A DNA stretch of 64,000 nt from Phoronis australis (taxonomy: Eukaryota; Animalia; Phoronida). The position numbers and the translations under genes were made by a program. The notes beneath the pieces were generated by a model. It was not told the DNA's origin. It made no database searches and saw only the letters and a program-made list of their open reading frames with translations. Positions 13,535 to 24,995 of this stretch are shown in pieces; within the stretch, counting starts at the first letter, position 1; every line of letters starts with the position of its first letter. The stretch covers positions 1,169,203-1,233,202 of the forward strand of contig NMRA01000033.1 of NCBI GenBank assembly GCA_002633005.1, read 5' to 3'.

Positions 13535-13900
13535 AATGAGGCTTGGTGCAGTTTTCAGTTAGGCGTTGCATGTCGGCTCAGTAAATCTGGCCTCGGATCA
13601 CTTAGTTCGAGATTTGACTTTCCTGCTTTTGCGAACATGAGAAACACCAGTTGCTCGGCTGTAGATTCACTCTTCTTCAAGATGGCGGTCCCTGCTGCAT
13701 TTTTGCATTGCTGAGTAGGTGGGACTAAGAAATCCGATCGGCTGCGGGTGGCCGGCCTGAAAGAAACCAGAATTGCATGCTCGTGACATCGTGACACGCA
13801 GACGCGCCACAGCCTACTGATTTTTGCAAAATCTTTCGGGAGACGATGATGGTGACTGAATTTCAGTCTGTAGGTATTCAAAATGCTAAAACCATATAAC
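13535..13900 (-). repeat. Dispersed repeat family A, copy 1 (inverted, most diverged)
   Basis: CTCGGCTGTAGATTCACTCTTCTTCAAGATGGCGG is the reverse complement of the core found at ~28173 and ~36274; flanking blocks also align. Confidence 0.75.
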
Positions 13901-14239
13901 GAAATGAAACCAGCTCAGATAATTTTTTGTGACTTGTACGCAACCGAGTTCTTGGCCGTGAAAGTCGACGCATAAGATTGTTCCACAAATTTAGCAGCAT
14001 GATGACAGAACGACAATTTTTTGCACCGAGTAACCAGTTAGCTTACTCAAATAACAGTGTATTTTTAATACCTTTAATTACATGTATCTGTCAGATTTTA
14101 TTTGTTTTTACTCCATCGGAGCAAACTGAGCTATATATCTGGTATACAGCTGAGAAACTAAAAACGGACATTTCTGGTAAGTTAAGCGCGTTCAGTTTAC
14201 TCCTCTCGTTGTAGCTCAACAACATTTTATAAATTTCAG

Positions 14240-14448
14240 GTGCTCTGGCGTATAGTCTTGGAAACCGCTTGTGTACCGTTGTGCAGACTCTGTCGTGTGT
14301 CATTGCTCTTTTCTTCCCGACACGGTCAGTCAAAGTCGTTACGGCGTGTACACTAATCGGAACCATTCCAGCCATATACATTGTAGTGATATCTCTTTTG
14401 AGTCCAGAACCTCCTCTAGTGGATTCGGTGTGGGGAATGACACTCATG
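14240..14448 (+). CDS. SLC52A: SLC52A-family protein, coding exon 2 (GALAYSLGNRLCTVVQTLSC...LSPEPPLVDSVWGMTLM)
   Basis: TTTCAG acceptor ending 14239, GTAAGT donor at 14449, phase compatible with both neighbours; SP.PPL motif typical of the family. Confidence 0.92.
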
Positions 14449-15185
14449 GTAAGTATTGGTTAGCCAATTTTTCGTTCTTTTGTCTGTAATTGTTAATGCA
14501 CCGTAATTTCCGAAGGAGCCCCCTCTCTCTCCCTCCCTCCCCCCCNNNNNNNNNNNNNNNNNNNNNNNNNNNNCTCCCTCCCTCCCTCCCTCCTCCCTCC
14601 TTCTCTCTCTGAATTCCGGCATTTACTATATAACGCGACATATAGCATGGGTCATATTTAACAATACATCAGCTCAAACGGAGCTGAAGGTCCATCGAAA
14701 TAGTTTTCCCAAAGTCTGTTGAACGGACATAAATCAGGCGAACTTTTTTAGTGTCCAACCATTATGTTTCTTATAGATGGTTATGAGTCATCGTGAAATT
14801 CGAGCGCCTGTGCTTTTGAAGGGCTTGCAGTGATTTACATTTATGTTCGCCGTATCATTTTTGATGATAAATATCTTGACGCAGACGAAATTTCGACGTT
14901 TATAGGTTAATATTGGATGTGCAATTGTACGACACTTTAACATTCTACTCTTTGATGCACGGACTTAAATCCAGTTTGTATTCAGGATTGGTTCACTAAC
15001 TACAATTATCTGCGCACAAAAGTCTGTGCAAAAATCAGTTTACTTCCCAGTTTGGTCTCGAGCGTGCGCTTCAAATGACCTTTTTCGCGGGTTTTTATAT
15101 CGTATATTATGCTTATTGAGGTCAAAATCCGAAATTGCGCGCATGCGCCAATATACTAAAGATTTGAAAAACATACTTAAACCTA

Positions 15186-15966
15186 AGGTTCCGCATATAG
15201 TAGCGCCCTTTTTATTTTTTATACATTCTCAACGATATTTCGCTCGAGAAATGCAGTGAAAAAATTGTTGCTGCATGTACATGTATTTAATTTGCAACTT
15301 GACATAAACATTTTTGAAAGCTGTTGGCATTTTCACTGGTTTTACTAGGAAGGTCAAATGCGTGGTTTAAGTCAATCAAACATTTTTAATTACCTTCCAA
15401 ACTTGATTCACCATTGAAGTACGGTCCATAATAATGCACTAAAGTTTTGCTCACTGTTTACAAATACGAGAACATTAAAAACGATTTTAGTCGACGAACT
15501 GGCATGTTCTGTCATTCATAATATAGAAATTGTTTCGACACTACTAGCGAGACTGTATTAAGCTGTTAAACAAAAAGTCCAGTAGTGTTTTCAACGAAGT
15601 TTGTGTTAACGAAGGGCAGCTACCGTCAGCTATACTCATTCACTTATGTGTATGGGGAAGGTGCTGTCGAACCAAGTCGTATAAAAATCTTCACCAAAGA
15701 CAAAAAATTGTACGCTTTTGTCGAGGACATTTAGTGTGCTACGGTGGCTATGAAAAACTCGCGTTTCTTCGTTAATTTTCTCGGGATCTCGAAATACCGA
15801 CTAAGTGTTTCAGGATGTCGATATTCCGGGATAATTTTCTCAGGACCTCGAGATCCTGAGTCAACTAAAAACGAAACGCGAGTTAACTTTCCCAGCCACA
15901 GTAGTGGGCCTACATCCGAAGCGAGGTATGCGCCTAATACATCCACTTGCATCTATAAGTGAACCT
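15186..15966. mobile_element. Degenerate Kolobok-like non-autonomous element in SLC52A intron 2
   Basis: Imperfect TIRs AGGTTCCGCATATAG / CTATAAGTGAACCT with TTAA-like flanks. Confidence 0.35.
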
Positions 15967-16338
15967 TATGCGCATGCGCCTACATGTGAAGCACTTGAGT
16001 AAGCAACTGTCTTTGTAAAAACGCAATATTTAGGATTGTTTAGTTGCGTGGGTGTACATGTATACTATGCCCAAAAGCGAAAGGTTGTAACGAACGCTTA
16101 AGTTGGTTCGTTTCGTATTCAGACTTAACGACGGCGTTAATGAACTGCTTGAAAATCTAAATCAGAGTTACGACCGGCTTGGGAAAAACTGGTCGGCCAT
16201 ACACCGTTCGACAGACTCCAGAAACTTACAATTTCCGGGCGCAGGCGTTCAGAACGTAGTCTGGTCTTTGTTTACTACGTGAGACAAGGTGGAAAAGATC
16301 GCATTTGCTATTTGATGTACGCCTTTGTCTTGTTCTAG

Positions 16339-16539
16339 TTATTCGCCTGGTTGTCCACGTCCGCCATATGGGCCTATGGCAAGGTAGGAATCGCTGTGCT
16401 GATGAAAGATCAGGGGAAGCGACAGCTAGTAGTCACTGGAGCGACGGCGGTCATGTTTATCTTTGTCCTCTCGGTTCTCATATTCGTGTTGATCAATTTC
16501 ACGTCAGTTTTCAAGGAAGCACCTCAGTGTCCCCTGTGA
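16339..16539 (+). CDS. SLC52A: SLC52A-family protein, final coding exon (LFAWLSTSAIWAYGKVGIAVLMKD...VFKEAPQCPL*); joined CDS is 455 aa
   Basis: TTGTTCTAG acceptor ending 16338; W......Y.KV.....L.D and a terminal F.....C pattern as in SLC52A C-termini; stop at 16537-16539. Confidence 0.9.
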   Translation, partial: LFAWLSTSAIWAYGKVGIAVLMKDQGKRQLVVTGATAVMFIFVLSVLIFVLINFTSVFKEAPQCPL

Positions 16540-16794
16540 CAGTAGAAGACGATCACTCGGACACCTTGGATTGTATTAGCTCTACTTATATAGTCAGGTC
16601 TTTGTTACCAAATAATTTTAAAATATTTTCCATCCAAAGACTCGATTATTGATTTTGGTGGTGACAGTAATAATGAAAATAGATGAACAAGCTATACTTG
16701 GTTGATATCTACCGTACACGTGTTACACCTTTTAATTTTGATTTGTAAAAGCAAACATCTTCAAGAATCGCCGTTTCTTTTACAAGAGCAACTT

Positions 16795-17720
16795 GCAACC
16801 TAACGCGCAAGTACATACATATAGGATGTGATCCGCCATGTGAAGTATTTCAATAATCTGCCAAAAATGAAAGAAACTTAGGAATTCGGAGTGCATGGGA
16901 TAAATACAAAACGTACCTCAATTGGCGTACATGAAGTGGTGTATTTTTCGGTCTCGGTCGATACGCGGAATAATGTCTCGTGGGATATTACTTCATGTAC
17001 GCCAATCTCGGTTCGTTTTATGTATTTATTCTATACGCGTTGAATCAGTCGTGTGCAATACGGCCATACGATATTGTCTCCGTATTCACCTCCAGCACTA
17101 CATCAATAGTGCCCTCTGACACAGAAAGTTCAAAAGTTAGGTCAATGTCGACTCGACGTCGTTAGCCGGTTCGATCGTCAAACTTTCCGAATTAATTTAG
17201 TTTAAAGTAATACAACGTAGCAGTATAAATAATACTCGCCATGTAAGCAGGTCCCAAACGTAACATCTGGTACAAAACTGTTAATAATATGACACTTCTG
17301 TCTCAGTTTTCAATTGCTGAAAATTATATCGTCTGCATCTCAGGCGGCGATTTCTCGATAACTACAATATCAAATATTTTTGTTGTTATTTACTATTTTC
17401 AGGAAATGTTACAAGTTCGATGCACTATTACCGTTATTTTCATCTTGTTATCTCTTTTCAAGTTTGAAAGCGTTACATTTAAAACTATTTCTTTTACTAG
17501 AGAAAAATTGTAACTTAACGCGCAAGTATATACATCTAGGATGTGATCCGCCACGTGAACATTCTGCCAGGTGAAGTAATTCAAAAATCTGCCGAAAAAA
17601 TGAAAGAAACTTAGGAATTCAAAAGCGCATAGGATAGATACAAAACGTACTTCGATTGGCGTAGGTGAAGTAATATTCCACTCGACATTATTCCGCGTAT
17701 CGCCATTCTTGGTACGTTTC
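16795..17720. repeat. Local ~140-bp direct duplication (16795-16937 / 17510-17671) carrying the arm of a palindromic element
   Basis: TAACGCGCAAGTA..AGGATGTGATCCGCCA..GAAAGAAACTTAGGAATTC..ATTGGCGTA occurs twice; 16959-17039 is the reverse complement of the arm at ~17625-17701. Confidence 0.8.
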
Positions 17721-18580
17721 GTGGATTTGTTTTTGTGATACCGGCTGGGATCGAAATTCTCCGTCCGCCTTATTAACCCTAGCTACTAGTTTGTCACAGA
17801 TTCATTATCGCAGTGGAAAATGCGTGGAACAAGGTGTCCTTGTTCATCTATTGATATTTCAAAAAGCTTACGTTTCTCCGTAAGGCATTAATAAACCCTA
17901 CCGCAAGGCAGTGGGAATTTGTCAGTATTATGTTAGCAGAAGAGGTGTGAAATCGCTGTTTATGCCAGTTGAAACCTAGCCTCCGCATTGCATCTGTAGG
18001 TGGCGCTGAGCATCTGTCCACCTGTTTGTCGGGAAAGTGGATTTCAATACAATGCCTCTATTTCGAAAATAAGCTATAGTGATGGAAAAAGGTATGTAAT
18101 TTCACCGTTTGACGGGCGTCGCGGTATTGATAGCATGATTTTCAGTAACGTGCTTGATGAACTCTCCAGCTTTCTCGCAACACATAACCACGTCTGCCCG
18201 TTCCATGTTTTTTAACTTCATTTTATTAACAGTTGAAGAACCAAAAGTTCAATTTATCAGAGTTACTAGTAACCAGGTAGAATCTGCTCCCTACGAATTA
18301 GCAGTAAAACCGACTAAACGATCGCCTTCGCGACCAATTCTTTGGCTTGGCTCATGGACGAGCACGCGTCGGGTTTCGCTATCCTTAAATTGGTCATTGC
18401 AAGTCCAAGGCTGCAACTTCCATATAAACCGAAATTGCCCAAGACCGCGAATTCTCGCTATTAGCGTTGACGAAATTGAAGCAGCATCGAGTCTGTGATG
18501 TGATGTCATTAACGCGCAATGCAGTCGGTAGCATAGTCAACCAAGGCGGTTTGTGCTTTTAATTTATGATCAGGTTAATC

Positions 18581-19465
18581 ATGAGCAAGCAATCAAGACG
18601 AAAAAGAAATAAAGCAAAATCCATAGTAACTAAACGACGTTCGACAAGTGTTACATCACCTGCAACTTCCGGTCTTCAACATGGGTCACCTAAGACGGGA
18701 CATTTAGGCTTAGGTGCAAGATCACACGATCAGTCGATAGAATTAAGTGCAAAAGATGACGATGCATCGTTCAACTCGGATAATTTGTCGTCCAGCGACA
18801 CCACGGCTTTTATTCCTGAAACAGGAAGGCACTCGAACTCTAAACGTGAATCTCTACCACTGCGAGCTATGGTGAGAGCAAGAAATTGGTTGGATAACCG
18901 TACTCGAAAGTTATCTGTATCAAGGCGATTTTCAAAATTTAATGAATGTCTCGCCAGCGTTCCAAAGTGTACAGATTGCGTACACATAGAATTTACGCCA
19001 AACAGCTTACAACCTCGCCTTCTCACCGAAGATGACATAAACACAAATTTGCCAAGAATAGTTGAAATGCAACGCTACATAAAGAATTCCGCCGTCGTTT
19101 TCCCAGATTGGCATCGAATTCAATATGTCCGCCAATCGGAGGAACCGGTATTATTAGGAAGTAACAACACGTGTCGAATTTTCCTTGTGGAAAATTGTGA
19201 AAATTTGTTCGCACTGAAGGCCTTCCTGTCTGTTGAGACAAATATCCGATCGATTATAACTGAGGCGAAATGTTTTCGAGGACAAGATCCTGGACTGAAA
19301 CTCGCTGGGCTTTTTCCAATAGATGGCATTGGCGTTTATCAGCCCTGGGGTTTGCTGGTAGAAATTCAAGTTGACCGGAAAAGAGCAATGTCATCGTCAA
19401 AATCGAGCAAATCAAGTTCAGTGTTAAAAAAATTAAGGTCCCTTGTAAGACGCCTACACCGTTGA
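18581..19465 (+). CDS. Orphan 294-aa protein with basic Ser/Arg-rich N-terminus and a degenerate protein-kinase N-lobe
   Basis: Long ORF in AT-rich DNA; candidate acceptor CAG at 18571-18573 just before ATG 18581; AATAAA at 19525-19530; ordered motifs LLGSNNTCRIFL / FALKAF / IITEAK / LKLAGLF / GLLVEI. Confidence 0.72.
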   Translation: MSKQSRRKRNKAKSIVTKRRSTSVTSPATSGLQHGSPKTGHLGLGARSHDQSIELSAKDDDASFNSDNLSSSDTTAFIPETGRHSNSKRESLPLRAMVRARNWLDNRTRKLSVSRRFSKFNECLASVPKCTDCVHIEFTPNSLQPRLLTEDDINTNLPRIVEMQRYIKNSAVVFPDWHRIQYVRQSEEPVLLGSNNTCRIFLVENCENLFALKAFLSVETNIRSIITEAKCFRGQDPGLKLAGLFPIDGIGVYQPWGLLVEIQVDRKRAMSSSKSSKSSSVLKKLRSLVRRLHR

Positions 19466-19973
19466 CGAATCTCAGGCCGAGTGCTTTGTGTATGGATAAC
19501 GTTTAAGTTGACGGAAAATTTTAAAATAAAAGTAATTTCAGAACACCGTATTACACATAAATTTATTTCAAATTTATTTGAAACTCTCAGGTGCCAGGAT
19601 TTTTTAAGCCTCCAATGCTGTTAAGAATTGTTTTAAATTGTTTCATTTTTGGATAAGGTGATGTCGAAAGTGACATTTTGATATTTACAAAAATAATTGG
19701 CTTAAATCAAAGTCCATAACATTCAGTAACTCGAGACAGCGTTTTTGAGGTCTTATATTTAAGCTTTTCTAAGTCCGAAATTGAACTATACACGCGCGTT
19801 CTACATTCAGAAAGTATAAACGGCGTAAAATCTGCTTTTTGATATTTGGCTAAATGCAGACTTGCTGATGAGATTGTGCAAGATTAATTGTATTTCCACA
19901 AACTATACAGTGTAACTGTAACATAGTAATAGAGGGCGTGCACGGTTTTGTTAATCTATCTGTGAGACGTTAA

Positions 19974-20729
19974 AGAGGCCTGGAACGCGTAAACAAACAA
20001 AATGGTTCTCTGCCACTGAAACAGAATTCAGCCTCTTCGCAAGCGATTTTTACGGTTCGTTCGTAAAATCGTTTGAATTTCTGTTGATGTCAAGGCATTT
20101 TCTTTTAGTTTCGAATTTCAAAGAACGAGCTGTCAACTGCGCGTAGCTTCGTCGATTTTTCTTCCACAAGGCAAAGCACGTTGCTTTATTGTGTACGGCA
20201 ATACCTAGACGTAGCACATTTCCTTTATGTAAAACGTGACTTTTGACCTTTTAGGTAAACAAAACGATGGCGACTTCAAAGCAGTAGCGAGTCGGTTTAA
20301 AGAGACAATTGATATAATTGCTAAATCTTTAAAATTAGTCATAAAGGTGTTGTAGTATTCAAATATATTCTAAAATACACTTGGAATTCTTTTTGTGAAC
20401 TTGCTGGGTTCACTGGTTTGTCTCATACCGTGCTGTCGACCTTAGATTCGGAGTGCGAGTACACACGATAATCTGTCGTTTAAAATATTCATTTCGTCAT
20501 TCACCTGTTTGTCGAATTTACCATAAGTGGGAAGGAGATTAGAAAATCTGTGGTGGATACACAGTTTTTCCTTAGCGAGTACTTAAAAATCGTGAATTTT
20601 GTGATTTTTTTTCTGGAAATTCCCTCACAGAGTATAGTGAATAACTCCGTAGTAGACGTTGCGAGGTGGTACTTTCGTCAGGAATTGTTTAAAATGTATT
20701 TCTGGCGAGCTCTCGCGTTCCATGCCTCT
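19974..20729. mobile_element. Kolobok-like non-autonomous DNA transposon (756 bp)
   Basis: TIRs AGAGGCCTGGAACGCG / CGCGTTCCATGCCTCT (15/16 match) with exact TTAA on both sides (19970-19973, 20730-20733) and AG...CT termini. Confidence 0.85.
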
Positions 20730-21234
20730 TTAACGAACAAAAGATTCGAATCTACCTGACGGACAAACACAGATGTCAACATTTTACTTCAGTCATTTGG
20801 CATGCATATGTAAGCAGTGAACCTGTACCAACAACTGAACGTCGTACACTGTACCAAAATTTTATTCCAATAAACGCAGCAGAATCAGTGGCATAGTTCT
20901 TCTTCACGTTGAACTAGAGTAATACCTTACCTTCTATTTGAAGATGCAATGCTGCACGTGGTCGCAAAAATACAGCATCCGTATTAAAAACTTTCCTGGT
21001 TCGTACTAGCTACAGGTGCAAACTGACCGACCTCGCCCCTGTGTATACATGTTTAGCTCTTGCTCCATTCTAGCGGGCTTCCGACCAGACAGGTACAACA
21101 GGTACATGTACAGGTAACGGTCTGCTGGCAGTCGCCAGCTCTGTCCCCAATGCGGATGTCGCTGGTTGTACTGCACTAGCAGGTTATCAACACACGAACG
21201 TTCCTTGCGAATGCAATATGGCAACGCTTCATTG

Positions 21235-22224
21235 CATAGGCGGATTTAGGGGGGAGCTGCCCCCCCCCCTTTGGCTGCCGCAAAAAAAAATTAAAACACC
21301 AAGAGCGTTGGGAAATGTTGAGTTTATTATTTAATCCCGGTAATTAAAATTACACGGCTGAAACAAGATTTAAATGTGTGCAGTTTTAGTGTTTCGAGGG
21401 GGGCTCAGATCCATTTTCAAGTGTCAAATTCGGAACAAGGCGCAATCGTAACGGAACTATGGCTTAGTATAGGCTCCTCTGCGATATCCCAGGTGACCGG
21501 CAGTGGCGCTGCGCACTACGACTCCGTTTCCGTCGTCTGCGCCACTGTGCAATGAAGAAAATTACTTCATTTTTTAAAGAAAATGGAATCTGAGTGATGA
21601 TGAAAAAACAGGAGCTGCTGGTAAGATGTCAATTTTAATCGAAGCCTTAGTGAATCACTCAGAAACACATAATTCTTTGTTTGTCAAACCTTAACTTAAG
21701 ACGATTTCCAAAGCAATCGCGTCGTTATTGCCAACACAAAAACGGATTTGGTCTTTTGGGCAACTGAAGACTATTTTAAATACAACAAATTTGTAACAAA
21801 CTGATTGCATATTATATAAAACATGTAATCAGCATTACAAAAGAAGGAGGTTTCGCGCGCAAACGCTGTGGACCATAAACAAGTAGGTCTCTTAGTATCA
21901 TATTAGGGGTTAAATCGTGGTGGTGCAGTGGTAAAGCACACGCTCTCTAGCCCCCCGTGAGTTCGATTCCCTGGAATTTGCAGCTTTTCCTGTTTGACAC
22001 CTCCTTCGTGTTTTTTTTNNNNNNNNNNNNNNNNNNNNNTGGATAATACTTCGGGAATCAAGGAAAATGCTTGATTTTTAGAGGAAAAAACAGAAAAATT
22101 TCCTGGGCGGGAGGGGGCAAGCCTCCCCCCATTCGGTGCTATGCGCATCTACAATCGTGCTTTGAGCAAATGTTTACAGACAAAATGTTGGGCCCCCCTT
22201 TGTAATATCCTAGATCCGCCACTG
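21235..22224. mobile_element. hAT-like non-autonomous element with 5-bp TSD and an internal tRNA-like segment
   Basis: TIRs CATAGGCGGATTTAGG / CCTAGATCCGCCACTG, subterminal G/C runs, CATTG duplicated at 21230-21234 and 22225-22229. Confidence 0.8.
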
Positions 22225-23240
22225 CATTGTTACATTCAAGTAGGTGAAAGTCAAAAAACATTAGATGTTATTCTACAATAGGTATTTCAAATTGAATATT
22301 CACGAGCCTGCTTTGAAGTTGACATTGCAGTCGACCGGTTAGGGTCTGCTAAAGACGCTAATGTGTCATTAAGTCGTGAATATTCAAATTTGTATGAAGC
22401 GCCACCTACTGACTTGCTGGAGAACTGCATGTACAAGTATAATCAGGAAAAGAAATAATTTGTGAATAAATTGCTGTTTTAAAGAAAACACCACAACTGA
22501 TGCACTTAAAAACAAGTGTTGACATATAAATAAAAATCCTAATAATTCCAAATTGTAAGCAATCGTTATTTGATAGTGAAATAAACAAATAATATAATCT
22601 GTGCCTTGTTTCATTAGGGTAACGATGAAATATTTCCATACTCATTTACATAAAAATAGTCTCGAAAAAGGAGACTTTCGCGACGTGGTGCAATGTTATT
22701 GGTTCTCTGGTGCCTTTTGGCACACCGGAAGACCCGGGGTTTGTTTGTAAACTAGTATTTCATTTGCATATTCACAATTTAATGAGACATAGCATCTTAA
22801 ATTGTCTGCTAAAATTGTTTAAGTTAGTCGGCTGTTTTCTCGATTCATTTCCAACAGGTAAGTCAAAAGTTCGTAACGTATACTATAGATACACATACAT
22901 GTATGTACATGTATAATCGTGTAACATTAAGTTGACACATTGCCTACGCGTGCTGAATGAGATACAGACTAGGGTTACTTGTAGAAACTTCTGGGAACTC
23001 AAATGATTTGGCCAACAGTTTGCAAGTTAAATCGTTCCCGTTGGTAATTACAGTGACCAATGGAGTAAAAGTATAGAATACTTTCAGGTGGCACCATCAA
23101 ATAGATCGATTGACTTAGTCTATATGCAATGTTTACTGACAATTATGCATTTTTAAAATCAACCCTGACCTGGTGGTTCGAATTTTGATTCCTCGGTCCC
23201 ACTGCAAATTACGTCACAATACACTCATGAACTGTGTGCA

Positions 23241-23471
23241 CAGGGTCGCGTCCAGACAATCGCGAAAATAAGCGTGATAACGCGCTAATACTTGTAATGT
23301 ACGGTTGTAATGCAGCAGTGCCCAGTTGCATATAAGTTATACCCCGTATAGCAACAATGACGTCGCATTATCACGCGTCACTTTGTTATTGTTGAACAAT
23401 GCACCTGACGTCATGCAACAATCAAACTTATCCAGTGGATAACTTTTGAAGCGTTATGCAACTCAGCCCAG
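23241..23471. mobile_element. Two overlapping short inverted-repeat (Harbinger-like MITE) structures
   Basis: Arm pairs 23241-23285 / 23363-23407 and 23316-23350 / 23427-23471; outer ends lie at CAG/CTG triplets. Confidence 0.5.
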
Positions 23472-24035
23472 ATCACAAAGAATTGCATGAACTTGCGTTC
23501 TACTGAACGCATAAGTGCGAGAACTCCCTGAGTGTCTCATTGACTGGGTCAGTTGAAGGGAAGCAATTTGCTTCATGACGTTGTTAGATGAGAGCAATCA
23601 TGGTTCCTCTTAATACATAGTATTCATGATACACGATTTCAAAACCATCTTTTATGGTTTGGTATAGCCACATGTGACGTACTTTATCTCGCACGGCAAA
23701 TCATGTGAAGTCTTTTATCCTGATAATATCTATGAAGTCAGTGGACCACGTGACGCATTAGCAGCGCCACGCCTGAAATAAACTATGACTGCCCCCAATA
23801 AGTAACGCCGCTCTCTTAAACTAACTTCAATTATGTCGTTTGTGACAGTCTTACACAACAATCAGATTCGACATTTGAGTTTTGCATTGAGATCTTGAAA
23901 TACACAATATAAACGAACATTCAGAAAATCCGGAAAACTGGTATAAGCCACCAATTACATGTAGATGTTATTGCTTTCAAAACTAAGCAAACTGGTGTAT
24001 GTGAAATCGTTGTACCTTGATATTTGCTCAGGGTT

Positions 24036-24995
24036 TTAAACACGCAATTCATTAAAACTGTCCTCTAGCCATCTGTCTATCAACTCTTTACACGAGAGTT
24101 TTTTAGCGCTTAACAGTCGCAACTTATCTGCCACTAACTTTCCGGAGCGACTCCTACCGCTAGAAACTATTTGGTGATTGCGAACGACGACAGGGGCCCG
24201 TAAACGCTGACTCGAGTTCAAGCGTTTTTCCTCGTCAGAGCCTTCGACCCCCTGACTGGACAATCTGTGATTGTTATTGCAGCCTCCCACAACTGTTGAC
24301 GCAGTTATGGCGATGGACGGTGTCATCTGACCATGCTGTTTGGTCAAAGTTGGTAGACCAATTGTGGCAGCTGAATGGGGTTTTTGGCGGTTTTTGTCTA
24401 GTTTCATCCGAAGCTCTTCAAACTGTCTTCGTGAGAGCAGTTTTGCACTTTTCTGTGGTTTTTCGTTTGCTCTTGGGGTCACAGTGAGTTGAATGTTCGG
24501 ATAGCCATTTTCAGGATGACCAATTTGAACATTAAATTCGCGTCTATTCCGATTTTGATTCAAGAATCCTCGCAACTCCGATATCGTAACGGAGCGTCTA
24601 TTGGTGTCATTTTCGGCATAACTTTGCCTTCCTGGCCTATCTGTCATAAACGGTTGTAGTTTGATTCGACTGTTTTGACGTCTTCCTACTAAATTCCCGT
24701 TTCTGGTAAACCTTTCCGAAATCACTTTTCTTTTTTCGGGGCATTGTTGCGAAAATTCCGTGAGGTTGCGTTTCAAAACTTTCCCTGCTATTGCTTTTCG
24801 ACTCAGTTGGCTTAATCCACTTCTCGATGCGTTTCCTCGTGACCGACTACATGTAGGTGTGCGGCCTGGGGACGTATCGTCAGCATTTGGATCTCCCCTT
24901 GCTCCGCTCTGTTCTGCGGGCAAAAGCACGTCTTCTTCCGCCATTGGCAATTGTGACTCATTCTTCTGTTGCGTAACAACCGCCGTTGGCTGCAT
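24036..24995 (-). CDS. Orphan ~319-aa basic, probably disordered protein (single coding exon, or terminal exon of a longer gene)
   Basis: 960-nt ORF; strong TTTTTTGCAG acceptor (exon starts 25015) 20 nt before ATG 24995; no recognisable domain; C-terminal KELIDRWLEDS helix. Confidence 0.65.
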   Translation of the reverse strand: MQPTAVVTQQKNESQLPMAEEDVLLPAEQSGARGDPNADDTSPGRTPTCSRSRGNASRSGLSQLSRKAIAGKVLKRNLTEFSQQCPEKRKVISERFTRNGNLVGRRQNSRIKLQPFMTDRPGRQSYAENDTNRRSVTISELRGFLNQNRNRREFNVQIGHPENGYPNIQLTVTPRANEKPQKSAKLLSRRQFEELRMKLDKNRQKPHSAATIGLPTLTKQHGQMTPSIAITASTVVGGCNNNHRLSSQGVEGSDEEKRLNSSQRLRAPVVVRNHQIVSSGRSRSGKLVADKLRLLSAKKLSCKELIDRWLEDSFNELRV

